Positions 37,675-46,850 of a stretch of 64,000 nucleotides of DNA are shown here, one piece after another (position 1 is the stretch's first letter; each line of letters opens with the position of its first letter). This DNA is from an uncultured Myxococcales bacterium (GTDB lineage Bacteria; Myxococcota; Kuafuiibacteriia; Kuafuiibacteriales; Kuafuiibacteriaceae), in NCBI GenBank assembly GCA_964473255.1, contig CAYYOT010000013.1:21075-85074 (forward strand). The letters are read 5' to 3'. The notes beneath the pieces are model-generated. The model did not search any database and was not told the DNA's origin. It worked only from the letters and a program-made list of their open reading frames with translations. A program made the position numbers and the translations under genes.

Positions 37675-38700
37675 GTGACGCGGCTGCGCGTAATCCATCT
37701 CGTCGGGTCGCCAACCTCGACGTTCTTCTTCGAGCTTTCACGCCTCTACGCGACCGACGTCGTTCAGCCCGTGGACACCGTGTCCCAGTTCGTTCAGGTC
37801 GACCCTCGAGGGCGGTGGTCCGTCGGGCCCTCCCTGAACGAGCTCGAGGCGGTTGGGGGTGTACGTGACATGCTGGCGACCGTGCGTCCCGCCGACATCG
37901 TGGTTCCGCATACTCTCTGCGAAAGAGGTCTCACCGGCCTGCGGGCCTTCTTTTCGGACGTGCTCCAGCTTCCGCTCGTGGGCTCGAGCCCTCGCGTGCA
38001 CGAGGTTGCTCTTGACAAGCGCTGGACGCGAGCGACGGCGACCGCGGTGGGCGTAACCATCGCGCCTGGAGAGGTGCTGTTCGAAGAGCGGGAGCCGTCC
38101 TTGCCGCTTCCCTACGTGGTCAAGCCGGTACGGGCCGATAACTCCGACGGGCTCAGCTTAGTCCGATCGATCGTAGAGATCCCGGGAGCTCTTCATCGCG
38201 CCCTCGGTTTCGGATGCGCGGCGTTGGTCGAAGCCTTCGTTCCGGGGCGAGAGATCCGCGTCGGCGTGCTGCAGACGTCTGCCGGCTGTCGCGTCCTCCC
38301 CATGATCGAGTATTCGCTTTCCGAGACACTTCCCATCCGAGTGCGCGAGGACAAACTCGATGCGTCCGCTGGTCGACTGCGACCGAGTCGACATAGCGAA
38401 TCCGCGGTGATTCCTGCTCTTCTCGCACCAGGTCTTCGAGCGAGGCTCGAAGATGCCGCTCTACGCATGCATCGGGGCCTCGAGGCTCGTGATTTTTCCC
38501 TGTACGACTTTCGCTGTCCAGGCGATGACGAGGAGCCCATCCTGCTGGAAGCAGGTCTCTACTGGTCATTCGGGCCAGCGAGCATGATCTCGAGAATGCT
38601 TCGCAGCGAGGGTGCATCCCTGCCCACCATCGCTGGGGAGGTCTGGCGACAGGCGGCTGCTCGGCACCCGCTGAAAGCTGAAAGGATGGACGCTGCCTGA
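37675..38700 (+). CDS. mysD: D-Ala-D-Ala ligase-like MAA aminotransfer enzyme
   Basis: VIHLVGSPTSTFFFELSRLYA (MysD-type N-terminus), VVKPVRADNSDG, PGREIRVGV, SLYDFR, LEAGLYWSFGPAS. Confidence 0.88.
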   Translation: MTRLRVIHLVGSPTSTFFFELSRLYATDVVQPVDTVSQFVQVDPRGRWSVGPSLNELEAVGGVRDMLATVRPADIVVPHTLCERGLTGLRAFFSDVLQLPLVGSSPRVHEVALDKRWTRATATAVGVTIAPGEVLFEEREPSLPLPYVVKPVRADNSDGLSLVRSIVEIPGALHRALGFGCAALVEAFVPGREIRVGVLQTSAGCRVLPMIEYSLSETLPIRVREDKLDASAGRLRPSRHSESAVIPALLAPGLRARLEDAALRMHRGLEARDFSLYDFRCPGDDEEPILLEAGLYWSFGPASMISRMLRSEGASLPTIAGEVWRQAAARHPLKAERMDAA

Positions 38701-39443
38701 TGATGAAGGCGATGCTCTTCGGTTCGATCGGAACCGTCATCGAAACCTCGGAGCTGCAGCGACAAGCCTACAACCAGGCTTTTCGGGATTGTGGAATCGG
38801 ATGGGAGTGGTCCACCGACGAGTACCGCGCTCTCCTGCGAATACCCGGTGGACGAAATCGGCTCCGCGCGTACGCCCAAAGGAAGGCGCGAGCAACTCCC
38901 ATGAACGGGATGCTGGACGAGGTGCATCGGCGGAAGTCCGAGCTGTTCCGGCAGGCGTTGGCCTCTTCCGAGCTCGAGCTGCGGTCGGGCGTGGCTCGAC
39001 TGCTGGCCGAAGCTCGAGCCGCCGACGTTCGGACTGGCTGGGTGAGCACGACCGAGCGCGAAACAATTCAAACGATCGCGTCGCGGTTTCCCGATATTCT
39101 CGATGGATTTTGGGTGCAGACCGATCGGACGACGGTCGCGCGGGAAAAGCCACATCCCGACGCGTACCAGGCGGCGCTGTCCGCACTCGACGTTTCGCCC
39201 GCCCAAGCGGTGGCCATCGAAGATACCGCGGAGAGCCTAGCGTCCGCCGTTCGGGCCGGCGTTGCCACCGCAGTCACGCCCGGCGCGTTCACCATGACCC
39301 ACGACTTTGACAGGGCGGCTGGCGTGGTGTCCCGACTCGGAACCCCGGAAGAGCCTGCCGAAGTGATAAGCGGTCCATCGCCGATGAATCCACCGTGGGT
39401 TACGCTCTCGTGGCTCGACGGTCTTCGCTCCAGCGGTTGGTGA
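38700..39443 (+). CDS. HAD-superfamily (CbbY-like) protein lacking the motif-I Asp nucleophile
   Basis: LFGSIGTVIETSELQRQAYN in place of DxDGT; KPHPDAY and VAIEDT motifs retained; 1-nt overlap with mysD. Confidence 0.85.
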   Translation: MMKAMLFGSIGTVIETSELQRQAYNQAFRDCGIGWEWSTDEYRALLRIPGGRNRLRAYAQRKARATPMNGMLDEVHRRKSELFRQALASSELELRSGVARLLAEARAADVRTGWVSTTERETIQTIASRFPDILDGFWVQTDRTTVAREKPHPDAYQAALSALDVSPAQAVAIEDTAESLASAVRAGVATAVTPGAFTMTHDFDRAAGVVSRLGTPEEPAEVISGPSPMNPPWVTLSWLDGLRSSGW

Positions 39444-39550
39444 CCGGTCAGGGCCTCGGCCTACCCATTGCGGCGTCCCTTCGTCGATCTTGCGTGAGCG
39501 GAGATTCGGTGTCCGCCTTCGGACTCGCGTATCTCCTCCGAGCGCGGGCT

Positions 39551-40447
39551 TCAGAAGATGAGGGAGCGGGAGGTGAAGCCAAAGTTGGCGCGGAAGAACT
39601 CCCCGTTGACCGTGTCTTGTCCGTCGCCGGGATCGACGGTGAAGAGGTTGTCCCAGACGAAGGATGCGGCGATGTCTACCACGCGATTGCCCCAGGGGAG
39701 CGTGTAGCCGAAGAAGAACCCAACCGGGACGACTTCGGTGTGGTTCCTCCCGAGGTCCATGTCGACGAAGCCGCTCTCGAGACCGGCGAAGAAGCGCGCC
39801 GTCAGGTTGTGGGCGTAGCGTATCGGGACGTTGATTCCCCCGACCGTTCCTCCGTCCTCTTCGACGATGAGACCCACCCGCTCGGCAGCGTTGAGGTCGT
39901 CGAAGATGCTGACCGAGGTGAAGACACCGGTATCGAGTCGGCCTCGACCCAGCCGGACGCGCACGGGGACGCCGGGGAGGATCTTATATGGACGACCGAG
40001 GTGGAAATTGAGCCGGGCGCCGACGTCGACGTCGCCGAACGTCAGCGCGTACGTGAGAATCACCGGGACCGTCTCGATCGTGACAAAGCCCGGCGTGAAC
40101 TGCACGGGAATGAACAGCGCCGAGATCTCGAGCTCGTTGAAGATCCCCACCGCCACGCCCGCACGCCAGCCAAACACCAAGGACTGATCCGCGGGTTCGA
40201 TATTGGGCTGAAGCGGTCGCGGGACGGGATTGATCAGCCGGAAGCCCCCGTCGTCCGACGTGTCGCCTATCCGCTGACCGAAGGCCGGCGAAGAAAGCGG
40301 AGCGCTGATCCCTGCGAGTTCGTTGCGGTCGACGGTGATGTGGCGATTGGTGAATCGCCCGGGCGGCCCGAGACGTCGAGGCTTGGCGTCCGCGGGGAGG
40401 CTCCCCGCAAGCGAGACGACGGTGAAGAGTGCGGCGGCTAGCCTCAT
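39551..40447 (-). CDS. Exported beta-rich, probable outer-membrane barrel protein
   Basis: Signal peptide MRLAAALF..PADA; alternating beta-strand pattern; terminal ..FGFTSRSLIF; ATGA overlap with the upstream gene. Confidence 0.6.
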   Translation of the reverse strand: MRLAAALFTVVSLAGSLPADAKPRRLGPPGRFTNRHITVDRNELAGISAPLSSPAFGQRIGDTSDDGGFRLINPVPRPLQPNIEPADQSLVFGWRAGVAVGIFNELEISALFIPVQFTPGFVTIETVPVILTYALTFGDVDVGARLNFHLGRPYKILPGVPVRVRLGRGRLDTGVFTSVSIFDDLNAAERVGLIVEEDGGTVGGINVPIRYAHNLTARFFAGLESGFVDMDLGRNHTEVVPVGFFFGYTLPWGNRVVDIAASFVWDNLFTVDPGDGQDTVNGEFFRANFGFTSRSLIF

Positions 40448-40845
40448 CGCTTCAGGTCTTCCATCAACCGCTGCTCGAGCTCGGACCACTCGGCATCGGT
40501 GAAGGCTTTCCGGAACTCGATCTTCGTCTGAGTCCATTTCTTGCGATCTTCCTCGAACTGCGTTTCCCGATTCGGATTACAGGCCCGGTAGTCATCCGAC
40601 GTTACGTCGTAGGTCGCGTCGACCTTGGCGATGCACGCATGAACCTCGCCCAACGTCTCACGTCGAGCGATGAAGTACTGTTCGAGGCCCAGGAGCTCGT
40701 TCTTCGCCATCTCCGCACGCTGTTCGTCAGTAATGACCTGGGAGATATGGACGTTCATCAGCTCGACGAGCTTGTAGAACGCCTTCGTTTCATCACCGTC
40801 GCCGGTGAAGTACATGACCATCATTGCGATTCCGACCCAAACCAC
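40444..40845 (-). CDS. Uncharacterised membrane-anchored alpha-helical protein
   Basis: Hydrophobic N-terminus followed by amphipathic helices ending FRKAFTDAEWSEL; coupled to neighbours. Confidence 0.65.
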   Translation of the reverse strand: MVWVGIAMMVMYFTGDGDETKAFYKLVELMNVHISQVITDEQRAEMAKNELLGLEQYFIARRETLGEVHACIAKVDATYDVTSDDYRACNPNRETQFEEDRKKWTQTKIEFRKAFTDAEWSELEQRLMEDLKR

Positions 40846-40848
40846 GGC

Positions 40849-41268
40849 TCACCTCAACCTATTGATCTTTTCGAACTCTTCTCGAGAGACCATCCCGCGC
40901 AGCTTCAACTGAAGCGCGACGTACGCTTCGCCGAGGCGGACCTGCTCCGCCGTTGCTCGCTGAAAAAGGTCATTCGTCCGCTCCTCGAAGTACGGCTCGT
41001 CGCCGTCGAGCTTGAACAGCTCAGCCTCGTAGGCGGCCCGCTTGACCCGGTACTCGCGGATGAGCGCATCGAGTCCGAGATACAGCTCGGTGACGGCTTC
41101 CGCGCGATCGCGGTCCCGGACGATGAGTTCGATTCTGTCGATCTTGCTCTCGATCCGCGCCTGCATCGCAACGATGGGATGAGAAGGCGGACCACTCGGA
41201 GTCTTGCAGCTCACGGCACCCCCGAGCGCCATGAGAACCGCCAGATGAAGCTCCCCCATTCGCGGCAT
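40849..41268 (-). CDS. Uncharacterised alpha-helical lipoprotein
   Basis: Lipobox GAVSC; helical body ending LRGMVSREEFEKI. Start moved to 41268. Confidence 0.6.
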   Translation of the reverse strand: MPRMGELHLAVLMALGGAVSCKTPSGPPSHPIVAMQARIESKIDRIELIVRDRDRAEAVTELYLGLDALIREYRVKRAAYEAELFKLDGDEPYFEERTNDLFQRATAEQVRLGEAYVALQLKLRGMVSREEFEKINRLR

Positions 41269-41564
41269 GCCGATTGGATAGGGCGCCGGAAGCTCAAGAT
41301 CAATGGACGCAGAAGCGAATCTACTTCGTGCGAGCGCAGACGTGACGCCGAAGACCGCTTCTTCATCCCACGAACGACGGGGCGGCGATTGACTCTTTCC
41401 ACGATGATGGACGACGACCGAGGCCACTGACGACAGACCTGAGGATGAAGGCCGACCGAAGGCCGGCATGAGCCGGTCGCGCGCGTGCGCTCGAGTCTGA
41501 CGACTTTGCCTTTGTTCTCCGTGGCGACGGTCCGCTGGGAGCAGAGCATTACTTGGAGGGATCG

Positions 41565-44002
41565 ATGAACTCGAACACGGCAACTCCGACGTCCCGATGC
41601 ATCTCGGCGATCCTGGCTCTGCTAGGCAGCCTGGGCTGCAGTGCCCCGGCAAACCAGCCGACGTCGCCAACGGAGCCGCCCTCCGATCAAGCCGTGGCGG
41701 CGCCTTCCGCGCTTGCATCCGGACCCGACCGAACGGTGTTGCCGCTGGCCGAGCCCGAGCCGCCGCTTTACGATGAAGTCGACGTCCGAAAAGCCGAGCC
41801 CCCGCCCCGCTTCGAAGTCAAAGCTCCCAAGGACGCTCCAAACGTGGTGTTGGTCTTGGTGGATGACTTGGGCTTCGCCGGCACGTCCGCCTTCGGCGGC
41901 CCCGTGTCTACGCCCACCTCGCGAGCCAAGGTGTCCGGTACAACAATTTTCACACCACGGCCGTGTGCTCACCCACCCGCGCGGCCCTGAAGACCGGCCG
42001 CAACCACCACGTAAACAACATGGGGTCCATCATCGAGACCGGCACTGCATTCCCCGGAAACACGGGCCAGATCCCGAACGCGGTCGCTCCGCTGGCGGAG
42101 GTCCTGCGGCTGAACGGCTACAGCACCGCTGCTTTCGGCAAGTGGCACGAGCTCGCAGCGTGGGAGGCGAGCATCGCGGGTCCTTATGACCGATGGCCGC
42201 TCCACCGCGGCTTCGACAAGTTCTACGGCTTTCTCGGCGGCGAAACCAATCAATGGGCGCCGTTCGTCTACGACGGCGTGCATCCGGTCGAGCTACCCGA
42301 CGACGATCCCGACTATCACTTCCTGACCGACATGACGGACCAGGCCGTCGCCTGGATCCGCTTTCAGCAGGCCCTGACGCCCGACAAGCCGTTCTTCGTT
42401 TACTACGCTCCTGGAGCAACGCACGCACCGCACCACGTTCCCCAGTCGTACATCGACCGATGGAAAGGGAAGTTCGACATGGGCTGGGACCGGCTTCGCG
42501 AAGAGACCCTCGCCCGGCAAATCGAAAACGGAACCGTTCCCGCAGGCACCAGGCTCGCTCCCAAGCCTCAGGCCGTCCCCGCGTGGGCGGACCTCTCCGC
42601 GGAAGAGAAACGCCTCTTCGCCCGTCAGGCCGAAGTCTTTGCCGCCTACGTCGAGATGACGGACTACGAGATCGGCCGGGTGGTGGAGGCCGTCGAGGCA
42701 GTCGGAGAGCTCGACAATACGCTGCTTCTTCTCCTCTACGGCGACAACGGCACGAGCGCCGAAGGCGGCCGGAACGGAATGTTCAGCGAAATGACCTACT
42801 TCAACGCCGTGGAAGAAAAAGTCTCGGACATGCTGAAACATCTCGATTCATGGGGCGGTCCCGAGACCTACCCGCACATGGCCGCCGGCTGGGCCGTCGC
42901 TTTCGACACACCGTACACGTGGACAAAACAGGTGGCCTCCGACCACGGCGGCACCAAAGTCGGCATGGCGGTTCACTGGCCCAAGGGCATCCGGACGAAG
43001 GGCGAGCTGCGGACGCAGTTTCATCATGTCATCGACGTGGCCCCGACCATCTTGGAGGCGGCGGGCCTCCCCGAGCCGACGATGGTCAACGGCGTTGCTC
43101 AGCGACCCATGGACGGGGTGAGCATGGTGTACTCCTTCGACGATGCCACCGCCGAGGACCGTCACACTACTCAGTACTTCGAGATGTTCGGCAACCGCGC
43201 GATGTATCACGAAGGCTGGTTCGCCCGGACCATCCACAAGGCTCCCTGGGAGCCGAAGCCCCGTAGGCCCTTGGCGGAAGACGACTGGGAGCTCTTCGAT
43301 ACGCGAAAGGACTTCAGCCTGACGAACGATCTCGCCGCCGAAAACCCACAAAAGCTTGCCGAGCTGAAAAAGATGTTTCTTGCCGAAGCCAAGAAGAACC
43401 ATGTGCTGCCCATCGACGATCGCGTCTTCGAGCGCCTCATCCCCGAGGCGGTGGGGCGGCCCGACCTCATGGCGGGGCGCACATCCATGACTCTCGCCGA
43501 AGGCATGAACGGTATGACCGAAAACGTCTTTATCGACGTGAAGAACAAGTCGAAGACGATCACCGCCGAAGTCGAAGTGCCGAAGGGGGGCGCGAACGGC
43601 ATCATCTTGGCGCAGGGCGGACGTTTCGGCGGTTGGGCGCTCTACGTGAAGGACGGCGTTCCGGCCTACGACTATAACTTTCTCGGGCTAGAGCGCTACA
43701 CGGTCTCGGCTTCCAAACGTCTGCCGATCGGGCAGTCCACGATTCGTTTCGAGTTCGCCTACGAGGGCGGCGGGCGCGGCAAAGGCGGGACGGCCACGCT
43801 TTATGTCGACGATGAAAAGGTCGGCGAGGGCCGGATCGAGCGCACGCAGCCCACCATCTTTTCAGCCGACGAAACGGCCGACGTCGGTATCGACCTCGCC
43901 ACCCCGGTCGTGGAGACGATCGGCTCCGAAGCCGAATCTCGCTTCACCGGCGGAATCCCGAAGGTGACCATCGAGATCAAGACTCCACCCACCGGGAGCT
44001 GA
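41565..44002 (+). pseudogene. Arylsulfatase lipoprotein, frameshifted at about 41917
   Basis: Frame 1: lipobox [25 protein letters not shown]. The other frame continues [33 protein letters not shown]. About 10 nt appear to be missing at the junction. Confidence 0.85.
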
Positions 44003-44156
44003 GTCCGAAGGGCTCCGGCGTCCTCGAGCGAACAAGCGAGCGTCCGCCGTCGATGCCGTCTCCTCCTGGCTCGCCGGCCTCTTCGCCCGTAGGGCTTAGT
44101 CCAAGGCCGACTACGCCAAGGCTCGACTCACCGATCGAATCGCCGCCCACTTCGAG

Positions 44157-44627
44157 TCATGTGAGGGCGGCGCCGACGACGTCGATGGTCTCGACGCACC
44201 GGTCGTGGCAGTTCCGACACTCGGGGTGCATGTCGATGTGCGGCTCGCACGCGTCCCGGCAGCGCTCGCATGCCGCCACGCACAGCTTCGCAACCGCTGA
44301 AAACAGGGGCGAGTTCGTGGCAGCAAGGGGGCCGACGCCACGGCACGTCGCCAACATGTCGTGAACGGCCTTCGAGCAGTCCGCGAGCGACGTGTCACCG
44401 GCGCCCAGCGCTTCCAGGCAGTGGGCCAGGCAAGCGTCGCCCGCGACGATGCAACGGCCGACGGTCTCTCGCAGGCCATCCTGACGGTCGACGTGCGCGT
44501 GGGTATGGCCGCCGGCCCCCGGCTGAGACGCAGCTTGGCCGGCGCAGGCTAGGCCCACTGCCGACGCATGGCCGGCCGTTGCGGCACCGCCCATGGCGAC
44601 GAGCATCGAGCGACGATCGTAGTTCAT
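44157..44627 (-). CDS. Tat-exported four-helix-bundle copper storage protein (Csp1 family)
   Basis: DRRSML twin-arginine signal, HTHAH linker, 12 Cys in CxxxC/CxxC spacing along four helices. Confidence 0.85.
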   Translation of the reverse strand: MNYDRRSMLVAMGGAATAGHASAVGLACAGQAASQPGAGGHTHAHVDRQDGLRETVGRCIVAGDACLAHCLEALGAGDTSLADCSKAVHDMLATCRGVGPLAATNSPLFSAVAKLCVAACERCRDACEPHIDMHPECRNCHDRCVETIDVVGAALT

Positions 44628-44674
44628 GCGGCGGCGGTACCGCCTTCAGGTGCCTTTGTCGACGCGGAACACGT

Positions 44675-44698
44675 GCCGTGACGGTGTGACGTCACGGC
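44675..44698. promoter_or_regulatory. Perfect 9-bp inverted repeat, candidate operator between divergent csp1 and RCC1-like genes
   Basis: GCCGTGACG-gtgtga-CGTCACGGC. Confidence 0.35.
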
Positions 44699-44803
44699 GA
44701 CGGGGCAGAGCCGCCTCCGAGGTCCAAAGGACCGGCGCTTCCCCGCGCGCGGCCGATGGCACGCCCTTTGCTGCGTGAAACGCCCATGAGGAGGGCTACA
44801 CGC

Positions 44804-45960
44804 ATGAAACACCGAATCCTTGGTTTCGGTCTGATGGTCGGGGGGGCGGCGGTCGGCGGAACGGCGTCGGCTCAGCCGCGGGTCCCCATCGAGGTAGACG
44901 TGGGTTGGTACCACGCCTGCACGACCACGAGCTGCGGCGACGTGACGTGCTGGGGCCTCGACGACGACGGTCAATCGGCCGACCGCTCGACGGTGGCCGG
45001 CCCCGGACTCGGCATCGTGTACAACGCAGCCAGGGTCGGCCTGTACCACACCTGCGCCCTGGACTTCATGGGTCGCGTCGAATGCTGGGGGGACGACCGC
45101 TTTGGCCAGTCCTCCCCGCCGAACGTCGAATTCTATCGGATCGACGCAGGAGGCCTGTCGACGTGCGGCATCCGCGACTCGGACCGTGCCCTCCAGTGCT
45201 GGGGTGACATTGCCCCGCCGAACGCGCCTGGCCGATTCAAGGAGATCAGCGTGGGGGAAGGTCACGCCTGCGCAGTTCGGGAGGACAGCACCGAGGTGGT
45301 GTGCTGGGCCACAACAGCGACGGCCAGGCCGAGGATCTCCATCTGACCGAGCTGCCGACCGTCGACCAGACGGAGTTTCGGTCAGGCTCCGTCGGCGGCG
45401 CCCACACCTGCGTGCGCGATGGACGGTCGCGTCTGCTGTGCTGGGGACTCGACAACTGGGGTCAGGTTCGAGACTCGGGGCGCGGCGTACCCCTCGCCGC
45501 CCGACCGGATGTCTACGTGCTGTCGACGGGCGGCGGGAGGGGCTTTCGCCAGTTCAGCGCAGGCCTGATGGGGACGTTGACCGTGGCCGACGCCGGATCT
45601 GGAAATCGAATTCGAACCTGGGGCTATCCGTTCGAGACGGGCGATCCAAAGTATGCTCCCCCCCGTGGCGTGCCTCGCCGCGTCTCTCTGGGCGTCTCAC
45701 ACGCCTGCATGATAACTGACCGCGACGAGCTGAAGTGCTGGGGCCTCGCTGGCCCGCTCATCGACGAGGCCCCCGTCATCGAGGGCGAGTGTCCGTCGAG
45801 GCTGACCGAGCCCGGGCTGGGTGAGTTCGACGAGCCCGTCGAACACGGAGAGTGGCTCGTCCTGCGCCGGTATCCGCCGGAGTTCCTCGAGCTGATGCGG
45901 GACTTCGATATCGAGGACCTCCGCGCCCTCACCGAGTACACGCTTACCGACGACGACTAG
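44804..45960 (+). pseudogene. Secreted RCC1-like repeat protein, 1-nt frameshift at about 45306-45308
   Basis: Repeats VGWYHAC..VTCWG, VGLYHTC..VECWG, VGEGHAC..VVCW. Adding one G gives ..VCWGHNSDGQ and joins the second ORF. Confidence 0.8.
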
Positions 45961-46028
45961 CAGACGTGCGACGTGCACCGAGGACCACGCGTAGAGGCGG
46001 GGTCTCGGCCAACGACCTGGAGTCGAAT

Positions 46029-46102
46029 CGCACCCGGAAGGAGTCGAACCTGCGACCTCCGGATTCGTAGTCCGGCGCTCTATCCAGCTGAGCTACGGGT
46101 GC
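46029..46102 (-). tRNA. tRNA-Arg(ACG)
   Basis: GCACCCG acceptor stem, TAGCTCAGCTGGATAGAGC D-arm, CCGGA-CTACGAA-TCCGG anticodon arm, GGTTCGACTCC; one C-U mismatch in the T stem. Confidence 0.94.
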
Positions 46103-46137
46103 GTGGAGCGGTGGGAAAAATCATGGGGTGGCGGGCC

Positions 46138-46143
46138 TGTCAA
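46138..46143 (-). promoter_or_regulatory. Consensus -35 hexamer upstream of tRNA-Arg
   Basis: TTGACA on the minus strand 35 nt upstream of the tRNA; -10 element ambiguous. Confidence 0.35.
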
Positions 46144-46838
46144 GCACGTCCGCTCTGGGCTCGCCGAGCCTGTAGGGCCTGGGCGTCGAGCAGGCGCGAA
46201 GTTTCCAACTCGGCGGCGGTGGCCGCCTCCACTCCACCCAGGAGGGCTTCCATCTCCGGATGGAGATCCTCGGCATCGATCGCCGAGATGCGGTCCCGCA
46301 CCGTGGCCAGGGTGTCTTCGATCTCGGTGAGGCGTGCCTGCCGCTGAATCAAACTCGCTTGGCGCGCACGAGCCGAGGCGAGCCGCTCCTGCGCCGAGGC
46401 GAGTTCCGGCGACTCACCGTCGGCCTCGAGCTCTCGAACGCGACGCTCCAGCTGGGCGTCTTCGGAAGCGAACGCATCATCGGCGTCCACCCGCTCGGCC
46501 AACATCACGAATGCCACGAGGAGCTTGTCCACCCGCTCGAGCTCCGGCTTCCACAGGTCCGCTTCGCGGCCCGACTGGGAGAGCAGTGCTTTGACCTGGT
46601 CGCGGGTCTGCTCCAGCGCGAAGAAGCGGCGTCGCAGCTCGCCGGAAAGCCCATCCAGCTGGTGTCCCGTGACGGGGCGCGCGTCGGGTAGCTCCGCCGG
46701 CTTCGAGCGCACGAGCGAAAAGCCCAGCACCACGGCCACGACGGCCCACGCGACCGGCAAAAGGCTTCCGACGGAGATCGAAGAAGCGACACCGGCGGCC
46801 AGCAGCAGTCCGGTGTAGACGACGCGTTCCTTCGACAC
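46140..46838 (-). CDS. Membrane protein with coiled-coil tail, partner of PspA/IM30 gene
   Basis: Two N-terminal hydrophobic segments, heptad-rich C-terminus, directly downstream of the PspA homologue. Confidence 0.7.
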   Translation of the reverse strand: MSKERVVYTGLLLAAGVASSISVGSLLPVAWAVVAVVLGFSLVRSKPAELPDARPVTGHQLDGLSGELRRRFFALEQTRDQVKALLSQSGREADLWKPELERVDKLLVAFVMLAERVDADDAFASEDAQLERRVRELEADGESPELASAQERLASARARQASLIQRQARLTEIEDTLATVRDRISAIDAEDLHPEMEALLGGVEAATAAELETSRLLDAQALQARRAQSGRA

Positions 46839-46850
46839 CCCGAGCCTCGG

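Noticed and set aside
37675-38700. mysD as cell-wall D-Ala-D-Ala ligase (ddl)
   Set aside because: N-terminus is HLVGS..LSRLYA rather than GG.S.EH.VS, and the gene sits inside the MAA operon.
15155-46029. Intact prophage, ICE or IS element
   Set aside because: No integrase, transposase, relaxase or phage structural gene, and no copy of a tRNA 3' end found by eye.
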